From assembly GCA_963713865.1 (NCBI GenBank), contig OY970208.1, forward strand, positions 2,432,001 to 2,496,000: 64,000 nucleotides of DNA, given 5' to 3'. The notes under the pieces are model-generated. The model did no database searches. It was given only the letters and a program-made list of their open reading frames with translations, and was not told the origin of the DNA. The translations under genes were made by a program, and so were the position numbers. This document shows positions 9,259-19,187 of the stretch, in pieces. Position 1 is the stretch's first letter, and each line of letters begins with the position of its first letter. Source of the DNA: an uncultured candidate division Zixibacteria bacterium. Lineage in GTDB: Bacteria > Zixibacteria > MSB-5A5 > RBG-16-43-9.

Positions 9259-12042
9259 CTAAAAGTTCCAGCCAAAAAAGAAATTGAACACCGTTTCCCT
9301 CGAAACCGATTTGAAATCTGTTTTCTTGGCGAAATCAAATCTCAAAACTATCACATATCCAAAGCTGATCCGGAATCCAGTCCCAAAACTGCCATATAAT
9401 TGATCAAAATGGTCTTCCCAGGCATTCCCGGCATCGAAAAAGAATGCCCCACGGATAGCCTCAAAACCTATTTTGCCAAAGGGGAAGCCGATTATCAGAT
9501 TGTCGATCAGGGGAAAACGTAGTTCGTTATTTATCAAGATAAGTCTTTTCCCGTAAAAAGCTTTGCGATCATAACCTCTCAGACTCCAGCTCCCGCCTAA
9601 ATGTAACCTCTGAGGCTCAGTGCCTGAAGAGGAAAAACCCGTTAACCTTAGGGCAAAACAACTGTTCTTCCCCAGCCGCAGATATTTTCTAAAATCAGCT
9701 AAAATAAGTCGATTGTAAACCTGCAGCTTATCCCAGCTCAGGGTAAGCCCGAGAGTAAGATTAAACCTGATTCCATCTATAGGACCGGTCAGATCCCATA
9801 AACTGGTATCTTTGATCCAGGAGAAGTAATTGGTGGAAAGCAGCACATTCCTTTTCCTTCCAAAAACATAAAAATCCTTATCCGACTGCCTTAGGAAGAA
9901 ACTGGATTCTATCCGCTGAAACTTGGAGATTGGATAGTTGGCAAAGAAAAGTCCTCCATATTGTCTTTCCTTGAAGAAGCCATAATAATCATCATAATAT
10001 TCATCATAAAGATGATAGATCCCGAATCCATAGTTAAGCCTTTGGGTTCGATTCAAATAGGTCACGCCAAAGTTAAAGCTGGAAAAAAACTCGGATTTGG
10101 TCCTGGCGGTATTGCTCAAAAGGAAAAAATACTGATGGTTACCTAACATATCGGTCAGGGCTAACTGCAGACCACCTACCGTCCCGTAGACTGCATCATA
10201 GGATATGGCTGACTGGGCTATGTCAAATGAATAATCGTTCTCATATTTAACCACACCCCTGGTATGTTCTCCGGAGATTTTCTCCGGAGCCCAGCTTGAT
10301 TTCAGGCTATCTTTCTCCTGTCCCAAAAACTCAACCAAAGAATCATTCAGGGAAAATTTATAGATATGGAAATTGTAATCCCGATAACCGGAGAAATAAA
10401 GTTCTTTTCCTTCGCCGCTCGCGTCCGGATCAAAACCTCCGGTTAAGAACCGGGTCAACTTTTTTATCCCGGACGAATCCAGAGAATAAAGATTAAAAGC
10501 GCCTTCCCGATCCGAAGTGAAAAAAAGCTTGTCTTCATTTTTTGAGAAAGTGGGATTTAAATCATGCGCTCTGGCAGAGGTGAGCTGTTTAATTTCTCCA
10601 GTTGATACCTCAATCGAAAAAAGGTTTTGAAAACCTTCTTGTCCATAAAAGGTCCGATCCGATGAGAAAACTATGGTTTTACCATCTTTAGACCAGGTCG
10701 GATCCTTTTCCTTATATATATCCTTGGTTAAACGAACCAGTGAGTCTGCGAGCAGATAATATAAATAAAGATCAGTATATCCATTCTTATCTACTCCGCT
10801 GAATGCTATCTTCACATTGTCCTCAGACCAGGCGGGTGAAGATAAACTGATGAGAGTATCAAATCTCTTGCGCTGGACGATCTTCATCTGCTTTAAATCA
10901 TATATATACAATAAATCTTTTTCCTTACTCTTGGAGATAAAAACAATCCTGCTGTCTTGTGAACCATCCACCTTACTCTCTAAAAAATGCAAAGACTCAA
11001 ACTGGGGAGACCTCTCCCCCTTTACCAGGGTAAACAGCTTTTCCTTCTCCCCCCGGGGTGACATAAGATATAAGCTGGAATAACCTAATTTATTAGATTT
11101 AAATACCACCCAGTCCTCAACCTTACCCTTGTACCGGTATGGAACTAAAGTCGGTTTGACACTGAAGTCATCAAAGGTCAATTGAGTAGCCACCCTATCC
11201 GGCAAGTCTCCTGAGGAGATCTCCGGAAAATATTTTTTCTTCAGATGATATTCCCACTCATCTCCCAGCTCTTTCAGGCTTTTATGGAAAATCAATCCCA
11301 CTACTTCTGAAAAATTCCCCCCCCTCCAGTAATCGTCAAAAACAAGGGTAAGCCGGTCATCTCCGTATTTCTCCTCTAAAAATCTGCAGAAAGATTCTCC
11401 CTCCTTGTACATCAGGTAAGATCCAGCTAGCTCTCCCATATGCTCGATCTTCACCAGCCTTCCGGAGATAACCAGGTCTTTGATTATCATCTCTGCTTCG
11501 GAATCGACCTTTCCGGACCAGTGTTCGGCTAACCCTTCTTGAAACCAGAGAGGCGGTTCTACATAATTGTAGATGCGGTGAAGCTTCATCACGAAATAGA
11601 GCTTTTCAAAGGTGAATACATGCACCAGCTCGTGCTGAATGGTATGCTTAAAAGAAGAATATGACCCGTCAAAAGGGATCACCATTCGTCCCTTGAAAAA
11701 CTCGGTAAACCCGGCTACGTTTTCCGGCAGCAGGTTTGGGATCACATTCGTCTGTTCGAAATAGTTAGGCGAGCTGTAGATGATTAAAGGGATTTTCTTG
11801 TTGATATGATAATTGAACTTGTCTTGAAGGAGGTTATAACCGTCCTCTGCTATCTTGGCCGCAATCTCGGCGATCTCCTTTTCCTCTACGTAAAAATAAA
11901 CATTGAAATGCTCGGTGGTCAGAACCTCCCACTCAAAGCGGGTATATTGTACTTTATTTTTCCCAAAGTAATATTGAGAAAACCCCCGCAGGGGTAAAAA
12001 TAGCAAAAAAATAAATATGGCCCCGAAAAAGTATTTACTCAT
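9259..12042 (-). CDS. Outer-membrane protein: zincin-like N-terminus, PD40/TolB-like propeller, Omp85/BamA-type barrel
   Basis: YFGKNKVQY, HELVH...EGLAE, PxWSxDG repeats, LRGY, terminal FGWNF. Confidence 0.8.
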   Translation of the reverse strand: MSKYFFGAIFIFLLFLPLRGFSQYYFGKNKVQYTRFEWEVLTTEHFNVYFYVEEKEIAEIAAKIAEDGYNLLQDKFNYHINKKIPLIIYSSPNYFEQTNVIPNLLPENVAGFTEFFKGRMVIPFDGSYSSFKHTIQHELVHVFTFEKLYFVMKLHRIYNYVEPPLWFQEGLAEHWSGKVDSEAEMIIKDLVISGRLVKIEHMGELAGSYLMYKEGESFCRFLEEKYGDDRLTLVFDDYWRGGNFSEVVGLIFHKSLKELGDEWEYHLKKKYFPEISSGDLPDRVATQLTFDDFSVKPTLVPYRYKGKVEDWVVFKSNKLGYSSLYLMSPRGEKEKLFTLVKGERSPQFESLHFLESKVDGSQDSRIVFISKSKEKDLLYIYDLKQMKIVQRKRFDTLISLSSPAWSEDNVKIAFSGVDKNGYTDLYLYYLLADSLVRLTKDIYKEKDPTWSKDGKTIVFSSDRTFYGQEGFQNLFSIEVSTGEIKQLTSARAHDLNPTFSKNEDKLFFTSDREGAFNLYSLDSSGIKKLTRFLTGGFDPDASGEGKELYFSGYRDYNFHIYKFSLNDSLVEFLGQEKDSLKSSWAPEKISGEHTRGVVKYENDYSFDIAQSAISYDAVYGTVGGLQLALTDMLGNHQYFFLLSNTARTKSEFFSSFNFGVTYLNRTQRLNYGFGIYHLYDEYYDDYYGFFKERQYGGLFFANYPISKFQRIESSFFLRQSDKDFYVFGRKRNVLLSTNYFSWIKDTSLWDLTGPIDGIRFNLTLGLTLSWDKLQVYNRLILADFRKYLRLGKNSCFALRLTGFSSSGTEPQRLHLGGSWSLRGYDRKAFYGKRLILINNELRFPLIDNLIIGFPFGKIGFEAIRGAFFFDAGNAWEDHFDQLYGSFGTGFRISFGYVIVLRFDFAKKTDFKSVSRETVFNFFFGWNF

Positions 12043-12065
12043 CTAACTTGTCAGAATCTGAGTTT

Positions 12066-14339
12066 TCAAAGTTTGGAATTGTTGATTTCCTTATCTTTAA
12101 AAGATAGGACCTTTTGAGCTTTTTCCGTCACCTCATCCCGACTCCATCTCCCTAAAATACCTTTTCTCCTTTTTCGCACAAACTCTTTTAAAACCTGAAA
12201 ACACTCTTCGTCTCCGATTTTATCTAATAGACCTAAGGCGCTTATCTGAAGCTCTTCTTTTTCCTTTTTGGAAATATTCGCTGGAATAAACTTTTCGTCC
12301 GTAGCTACCTTCAGGATAAAATCCCTGGATTCTTTCTCGTCTAAATTTACCACCGTGGTAAGTATTTTCTTCCGGTCTAAGGAATCGGCATAAAAAGCTC
12401 TCTTCAGCTCGGTAATGAGATTTTTATCTTTAGTGAGAGAGAGCAGGTTCAAGGCTTTTTTGCGAACTTCCTCTTCCTTGTCCTTAAGTAGCTCAAGGAA
12501 AACTTGATTTATTTTCTCATCCTTCTTCTTCTCTAACCCTTTTAAGATTTCCAGTCTCACCCGTGGGTCCGGATCTTTTGCAAAGTCTGTTAAAATATCT
12601 ATAGCTTTTTTGCTTTCGATATTTCCCAAAACGAATAGCGCATTCCTCACCTTATACCAGGACTCATCTTCCAGGATATTGGTATCTTTACTCCTTTTGA
12701 AGTTCTCTTTATAAGATAGGAAACCCAAAATGGTTTCAACTGAATTCTCTCCCAGGTCGCTTAAAACCCGTAGGGCCCATAGACGAATACTGCGCTGTTC
12801 TACCGTAAATATCTCTATAAGTTTCTGAGCAACTTTGTTTAGCTCTAAATTCTTCAAAAACTCCTCTATCTCTTTTCCTTTCTGCGTATGAAAATCGGTG
12901 AAAAGCGGCTGGATCAGAAGATCCAGATTCTCTCTGGAAGAAACCTGATTCATAAAATCATCTTTTAATCTCTGGATTTCGGGCATTTTTTGCTCAGCCT
13001 GGGTTTTGCTGTGAATTTTCTCCATAATCCTTTTCAGCTCATTCAGATTTCCAATCTTTGACAAATGAGTATAGATTGGCAATAACAGCTCAAAATATCC
13101 ACGATAAAACCTTATGGAGACTAATTGGTTATCAAACTGTCCTTCCAGTCTTTCCCTTATATATACGAAATCCTTCTCTTTTTCTTCGGAGATTGATATT
13201 TCAATCATCTTTTTAAGAGCTAAAACCGAATCGCGCCTGAGCTTTTCATCCGGAGAATCAAGTTTTTCCAGCAGGGAATCGATTATTCTCTGCTTGAGCT
13301 TTTCATCTGGATAATCAGCTATCGTCTTAATCCTCTCCTCCAGACCTTCCTCTTCTATTCTGCCTTTCTCTAATTCTTCAAAAAACTCTATAGTTTGAGA
13401 TATTACCTCCTCTTTTCTCTGAAAAGTCCCGTCGATCAAAAGATCAAAATATTTCTCATCGATTATCCCGTAACCGGACAGGAGTTCCTTAAGTCTGGGT
13501 AAAAGCCTCTGTTTGTCCCGTTTCTCTAAAACTTTTTTAACCATCTCCAGCGCTTCCTGGGAAGGGCTTTTTTGTTGAGAAACATCCTTCAAGCCCTGCT
13601 TTATACTGTAGGTCAGAAGAGATAGTATCTCGTCGTCCGATAGATTATTGACCTCGTTCTTGAGATTCTCCAGCATCTGTTTGATGTCTACCCCTCCTTC
13701 ACCTGCTCCCCCTCCCCCCGTTCCAGAAGCTACTCCCTCAATTCCGGGATAAAAGGAGATACCTGCGGCTTTAAACGCCGTTTGAAGTCTTTCCTTCTTG
13801 ATCGATTTACCTAAGATGAGATCTTTCAACAGGTCAGGATAAGCGCGGATGATCTTCGAGATTTCAGATTTCAGGCTCACATTTTCTATCTGTTCCGCCT
13901 TAACCACCTTTTCATCCTCTAATACCACCTCATACCGCTTTCGATTCAGTTTTATATGTGAGATATTACTTTTTTGAAAATAAGAGTTCAGATCCTCTTC
14001 TTCCTTTTTAAGAAAGAACTCTAAAAATAACCTCATCTCTTTTTCAGTTAAACCCTGAGTGAAGCTGATGCTTTTGATCTTCTGCTTTTCCAGCGTGTTC
14101 CAGACCAATTCGGAGACGGCGTTGGCTTCCAGGCTTTCCTCCTCCAATACCAGTTTATTTTCAACCCGGCCCAGGGTGATCTCCCCTTTGGTTTTGAAAA
14201 ACTCCTGAAACAGTTTAAAGGTTTTCTGCAGGGCAGCTTTTACCGCCGGATGTTCTGAAGGATAAATACTCAACCTTCTGATAGTCGAGTCGAATTCCTT
14301 CAGAAAACTTATGTATGAAGAATTTTTAGAAACCTGCAT
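12066..14339 (-). CDS. HEAT-repeat protein
   Basis: IYPSEHP N-terminus; WYKVRNALFVLG and DPDPRVRLE HEAT repeats. Confidence 0.7.
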   Translation of the reverse strand: MQVSKNSSYISFLKEFDSTIRRLSIYPSEHPAVKAALQKTFKLFQEFFKTKGEITLGRVENKLVLEEESLEANAVSELVWNTLEKQKIKSISFTQGLTEKEMRLFLEFFLKKEEEDLNSYFQKSNISHIKLNRKRYEVVLEDEKVVKAEQIENVSLKSEISKIIRAYPDLLKDLILGKSIKKERLQTAFKAAGISFYPGIEGVASGTGGGGAGEGGVDIKQMLENLKNEVNNLSDDEILSLLTYSIKQGLKDVSQQKSPSQEALEMVKKVLEKRDKQRLLPRLKELLSGYGIIDEKYFDLLIDGTFQRKEEVISQTIEFFEELEKGRIEEEGLEERIKTIADYPDEKLKQRIIDSLLEKLDSPDEKLRRDSVLALKKMIEISISEEKEKDFVYIRERLEGQFDNQLVSIRFYRGYFELLLPIYTHLSKIGNLNELKRIMEKIHSKTQAEQKMPEIQRLKDDFMNQVSSRENLDLLIQPLFTDFHTQKGKEIEEFLKNLELNKVAQKLIEIFTVEQRSIRLWALRVLSDLGENSVETILGFLSYKENFKRSKDTNILEDESWYKVRNALFVLGNIESKKAIDILTDFAKDPDPRVRLEILKGLEKKKDEKINQVFLELLKDKEEEVRKKALNLLSLTKDKNLITELKRAFYADSLDRKKILTTVVNLDEKESRDFILKVATDEKFIPANISKKEKEELQISALGLLDKIGDEECFQVLKEFVRKRRKGILGRWSRDEVTEKAQKVLSFKDKEINNSKL

Positions 14340-14670
14340 AGGTATAATCCATGCCTTATTTTAACCCTATATCAATTAATCGACATCTTAGGATAACTCT
14401 TTATTTGGATAGTTGGAGAGAAATCATCGTTTTAAACCCCTGCGGACAGAAATATTTTTAGAGATCATAGTCAAACGATTTAGCACCAACGGCAGGAAAG
14501 CAGTAAGATTTCCCTTTACCTTCCTGAGGAAAGGGTTAGGGAGAGGTTTCTAAATAGTATAGCTTCCTTCCTCCTGCTGGATGCTATCATGCGGCAAAGG
14601 AACAGTCGGATGAAAACATCCGCTTATGAACAGGACATCCTGCGGGAGCAAGAAATCTCAAACAATTTTG

Positions 14671-14973
14671 CTATTCCCAGCCGCTGAAAGGAGGATATTT
14701 ATCCACCATACAAAGCCAGTAAGCTTGAACCCGGTTGACATATCTCTGGTACCTTACCAGGTAATCAAAGGATTTTTTGGGGTAATTGCTGGTGAAGAGG
14801 ATAGATAAGCCACTATAGATAATCACAAAAAACGCAGCGATACCGTAAAGCCCCATAAAAATCCCGTGAGGAATCCCGATATAGAGCCAGCCCAAAAAGA
14901 AACGGGCTAAGACCAGCCAGGGATTAGATTTCTCCGGATAGGTCACATCATATTTAACCGGATATTCAGGCAT
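14671..14973 (-). CDS. DUF4389-family membrane protein
   Basis: YPV...IPH...RVQAY...DKYPPFS pattern; GGAGG RBS. Confidence 0.7.
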   Translation of the reverse strand: MPEYPVKYDVTYPEKSNPWLVLARFFLGWLYIGIPHGIFMGLYGIAAFFVIIYSGLSILFTSNYPKKSFDYLVRYQRYVNRVQAYWLCMVDKYPPFSGWE

Positions 14974-15127
14974 CTTTAACCTCCCGTGTTAAAGTTTATG
15001 ATTATTTACCGTTTTAAAAAAACGGTAGAACAGACATTCTTGTCTGTTCTTTACAGTCAGACAGGAATGTCTGACCTACCAATAATTTCTCACCTGAACA
15101 GAAGTAAAACATATCTCTTCAAATTTA

Positions 15128-15502
15128 TTATGGCTTAATCTTATACATAATCACCCAGGTATTAGAATCGTATTTCCATGAGGTATCAGCTACGCTTTTG
15201 AGTCTAAACAGTCGATACAAATCCGCATTTCGGAAAAAATTAATGGAATCAACCTCATGGAAATTTATCCTGATCCAGTAATCCCTCTTGGTAATCTCCC
15301 GTTAGAAGGAACTATTCCTGGAAATATCAAATATATCCGACAAGAAGATGCTCGGATGAGAATAAATATAATCCTCTATCGCATCTACCTCTGTATAACT
15401 CTTATAAGTAGGTTTTTTACACATTAAAGCAAAAAGAGAAAATAAAACCAAGAGAATCAAGACTTGCAACCCAAATTTAAACATTTTTCCTTGCATATCC
15501 AA
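15128..15502 (-). pseudogene. Putative exported/lipoprotein with an internal in-frame TAA (15302-15304)
   Basis: The frame stays open for 57 further codons (REITKRDYWIRINF...YDSNTWVIMYKIKP) after the stop. Confidence 0.5.
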
Positions 15503-15987
15503 CCTCTATCAATTTAAATATACGAACTTATATCTTAAAACCAAATAAAAAAAGCTGAAGCAGACAAATCAATAGAGTCATAGGCACAAGGCTCCTTACC
15601 TGCGCAACTCTTTTTCGTAGTTCGAGACATCAGCCTCGCTCATGCAACCGTTAATCCCACCTTGTCCAAAGGTGGGGTGATCTTCTCCATCTCCTTTCAG
15701 GAGAGGGTCAGGTTGAAAATCCCGTCAAGGGCGGGGTTGAGGTCTTTTTTCGTAGCGTTGTCACTCCTGTGACAACGAAGAAACTGGAAATCCCACTTTG
15801 CCCCCAAGGTAGGATGATTAAAAAAAGTAGAGTCGCATGGCGATGCGTCTCTACAAAAAACACCCGGAACAAAAATTTGGATAATCTTGACCTGAATACT
15901 AATATATCTACAGATTTCATCCCGGTTTAATTCTTGACATTTTCCCATCTTGAGACTATATTTGAAAAAATTTTAAGTGGCTTGATT

Positions 15988-16719
15988 ATGCTAAAAGATA
16001 AAATTATAAATGAACTGAAAAAAATACTGAGCGGGGATGGATTAAAGACTGAACCGGGCAGAACTTATGCTGTACCTGAAAAGGTGAGTACCATCCCTCA
16101 ACTTGTTAAATTAGCCCTTCAGGAAAAATTCAAAATTCTCCCCCTGGGAAACGAATCTAAAATCAGCCTGTCTGAATATTCTGGAGACCAAACTCTTTTT
16201 TTAAAATTAAACCGGCTCTCCAGCCTAAAAAAGGTAGTACCGGAAGACCTTTTTGTGATGGTAGAGCCTGGATTTAACTTAAAAGATTTGAATCCCCAGC
16301 TTTCAAATTATAATCTTTTTTACCCTTTTTCTCTGGATAAATCAGAAGGAACTATAGGTGGTTCTGTCGCCTGCGGGCTTACTGGGAAAGCTTTCCGAAA
16401 AGATATCAGCACCAGCGAGCTGGTTTTAGCCTTAGAGATTGTGGATTCTTCCGGGCAGATTTTAAAATTAGGGGCTGAGGTTTTCAAAAGCGTTACCGGA
16501 TATGATACTGCCAGACTCCTGGTCGGCTCCCGGGGAACTCTGGGAATAATCACCTCCATTTCTTTAAGAGTTTTCCCTTCAAATAGAAAAAAAGAGTTTG
16601 CAGACCTGAAATTATTACCGGCTATACCCTGGAAACTTAAAGGCGATAATTCAGCTAAAGCCATCCTCAACCAGAGAATAAAAAATATATTAGACCCGCA
16701 AGGGATTTTCGTAGAATAA
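15988..16719 (+). CDS. FAD-binding oxidoreductase, GlcE-like
   Basis: GTIGGSVA, FKSVTGYD, GSRGTLGII, LDPQGIF motifs; ATG at 15988. Confidence 0.75.
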   Translation: MLKDKIINELKKILSGDGLKTEPGRTYAVPEKVSTIPQLVKLALQEKFKILPLGNESKISLSEYSGDQTLFLKLNRLSSLKKVVPEDLFVMVEPGFNLKDLNPQLSNYNLFYPFSLDKSEGTIGGSVACGLTGKAFRKDISTSELVLALEIVDSSGQILKLGAEVFKSVTGYDTARLLVGSRGTLGIITSISLRVFPSNRKKEFADLKLLPAIPWKLKGDNSAKAILNQRIKNILDPQGIFVE

Positions 16720-16734
16720 TCTTAAGGAGAGAAA

Positions 16735-17187
16735 ATGGAAAATAAAGCTTTTGAGGAGATTATCCTTTTTGCCATAAGAAAAGAAGTGGAAGCATCTACT
16801 CTTTATGGAATCTATTCTAACTTGGCGAAGAACCAGAATATCAAGAAGATGTTTCGAGACTTGAAAAATGAGGAGCTCAAACATAAAAAGATTCTGGAAG
16901 GGCTCAAAAAAGAAGACTTATCCCATTACCAGTTGAAAAAGATGCCGGATTTGAAAATAAGTAACTACTCTTTAGAAAAAGATTACTCTCCGGATATGAA
17001 CTACCAGGAAGCTTTATTGTTAGCTATCAAAAGGGAGGAAAAATCTGTCAAATTATACCAGGACCTGTCTAAAGGAGCAGCCGGATCGGAGCTCGAGAAA
17101 ATGTTCCAGGTCTTAGCTCAGGAAGAATCAAAACATAAACTCAAGCTGGAAACCGAATACGATCAGAACATATTGATTGAGGACTAA
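16735..17187 (+). CDS. Rubrerythrin/ferritin-like diiron protein
   Basis: Two E...EExxH motifs (EELKH, EESKH). Confidence 0.85.
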   Translation: MENKAFEEIILFAIRKEVEASTLYGIYSNLAKNQNIKKMFRDLKNEELKHKKILEGLKKEDLSHYQLKKMPDLKISNYSLEKDYSPDMNYQEALLLAIKREEKSVKLYQDLSKGAAGSELEKMFQVLAQEESKHKLKLETEYDQNILIED

Positions 17188-17192
17188 AAGTA

Positions 17193-18179
17193 ATGCCGGA
17201 GAAAAAAGATTTGATCCTGGATATCCTGTTAGGTGCTATCCAGAGGGAGATAAACGCCTATGATTTTTATTACAAGTCCAGCCAAAACTCCCCCTTTCCG
17301 GAGACCAGGTCTTTATTTCTGCAATTAGCCCGGGAGGAGAAAAAACACCGGGAGATTCTGGCCAGGGAATATCAGACCGTTAAAAGAATGCTTCTAAGAG
17401 ATGAGACCTCTCGGGTTTTTTTGGAAAAAGAAAAGGTCTCCTATTTTATCCCGGAAGAGATTATTTCTCGAAAAGTAAGAACTATTCCTGAGGTTGATCT
17501 ATCCTGTATTTCTTTGCCCACAGAATTCTTAGGTGGAGATTATTTCGAGACTTTAATCGTGGCTGACCCGGTAAAAAACGTAAATCATCTCGGTTTTTTG
17601 CTATATGATATCATGGGACACGGTCTTGAGCTGACAGCCTTTAAAGCCAGAATCAGAGAGAGATTTGAAAACCTTCAGGATCTCTGGTCTAAAGACAAAT
17701 CGATCCTCTCCCCGGCTTCAACCCTTACCCGCTTGGGAAAAGAGCTGTATCCGGATTGTCAAAAAGCCTCAAGTTTCATAGAGCTTTTTTATGCCCGGTA
17801 TGATCCCCTGGAGAAAAAGATTACCTATTCTTCAGCCGGTCACCCCCCGCCCATCCTTATTTCCAACCAGGGAAAAGAAGTAAAAGTATTGATCGATACC
17901 GACCTGGTTATGGGTATAGATCAGACCAAGGAGTATAGAGATAGCTATATGAAAGTTGAATCCGGTGATATTCTGATCTTGTACAGCGATGGGGTGGTGG
18001 AGGCATTCAATCCCGAAGAGGAATTCTTCGAAGAGAAAAGGCTGATCCAGACTGTTCAGGATAACTTCCAGCTTTCATCTATTGAGATTACCAATCGTAT
18101 ATGTAAATCGATTAAGGAATTTACCGGTGAAAGACCTTTAACAGATGAATTAACCATGGTCATTGCCAAGATAAAATAG
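17193..18179 (+). CDS. Ferritin-like half domain fused to SpoIIE/PP2C phosphatase
   Basis: REINAYDFY...EEKKH, then GGDYF, DIMGHG, SAGHPPP, YSDGVVEA, DELT. Confidence 0.8.
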   Translation: MPEKKDLILDILLGAIQREINAYDFYYKSSQNSPFPETRSLFLQLAREEKKHREILAREYQTVKRMLLRDETSRVFLEKEKVSYFIPEEIISRKVRTIPEVDLSCISLPTEFLGGDYFETLIVADPVKNVNHLGFLLYDIMGHGLELTAFKARIRERFENLQDLWSKDKSILSPASTLTRLGKELYPDCQKASSFIELFYARYDPLEKKITYSSAGHPPPILISNQGKEVKVLIDTDLVMGIDQTKEYRDSYMKVESGDILILYSDGVVEAFNPEEEFFEEKRLIQTVQDNFQLSSIEITNRICKSIKEFTGERPLTDELTMVIAKIK

Positions 18180-18201
18180 AACTTTAAATAAGGCAGAAAA
18201 A

Positions 18202-18729
18202 ATGAAAAATAGACCAAAGAAAATCTATCCGGAAGGATCTGATCAACTTCCAGCAGATGCAGAGGCATTAGAAGCCCTGGAAATAGCTATTTATAATGAA
18301 CAGTCTGCTCATGATTTTTACAAAAATTTAAGCGAGACCATTGAGAATCCCAGCGGCCAGGAAAGGTTTAAGTTTTTGTATTTAGACGAGAAAAGGCATC
18401 GATATCTTTTGGAGGAAAGATACCTCAAAGAATCTGGAGGAAAAAGTTTTCTCTTCAATCCGCAGAAAGTCAAAAAAGTTGAGCTGAAAATCAATGACCA
18501 GGCTTCTGCCAAGGAGGCTCTGGACATAGCCTTAGAAGCTGAGAGAGAAGCTTATAACTCCTATATGAAAGCGGCCTCGAAAGCTAAAGACCAGCAGGGC
18601 AAGAAGATGTTCGAGTCCTTAGCCTCGGAGGAAGATAAACATTATCAGATATTGATGTCCGAAAAACAGATCATCGAAGGCGGATTTTACTGGTTCAGCC
18701 TGGATAGCTCAGGATTTATGGAGGATTAA
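18202..18729 (+). CDS. Rubrerythrin/ferritin-like protein
   Basis: DEKRH and EEDKH motifs. Confidence 0.8.
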   Translation: MKNRPKKIYPEGSDQLPADAEALEALEIAIYNEQSAHDFYKNLSETIENPSGQERFKFLYLDEKRHRYLLEERYLKESGGKSFLFNPQKVKKVELKINDQASAKEALDIALEAEREAYNSYMKAASKAKDQQGKKMFESLASEEDKHYQILMSEKQIIEGGFYWFSLDSSGFMED

Positions 18730-18892
18730 TCTTTGTTGTCGCTTGTTTCATCAAGCATTTGTGCCCGTCGGGTCCCCCGACCCGACGGGCTTAGAGCCAG
18801 CCAAGTCAGGGGACTTGACTGGCACAAAATATCGGACTGTCAGCCTGATTAGTGGATGACCATAATCAAGCGAAAATAAGGAGGGAAGAAAG

Positions 18893-19057
18893 ATGGAAAA
18901 ATGGCAATGTACTATCTGTGGCTATATTTATGATCCAGCCATAGGTGATCCGGATAACGGGATCAGTCCGGGAACGCCATTTGAAGAACTACCGGATGAC
19001 TGGCTCTGCCCTGAATGTGGAGCAGAGAAAGACCAATTTGAGAAATTCCCGGAATAG
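18893..19057 (+). CDS. Rubredoxin (54 aa; not in ORF track)
   Basis: [63 protein letters not shown]. Confidence 0.95.
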   Translation: MEKWQCTICGYIYDPAIGDPDNGISPGTPFEELPDDWLCPECGAEKDQFEKFPE

Positions 19058-19187
19058 TTTTTTGATGCTCATGTTTTTTAAATTGAAGAACACAGTTTTT
19101 GAAACAGAATTTAACCTTTAATACTAATCGAATTGAATCAAGACTGAAAGACTCAATTCGTCCCAAAAACATCTTAAAGGAGGATAA

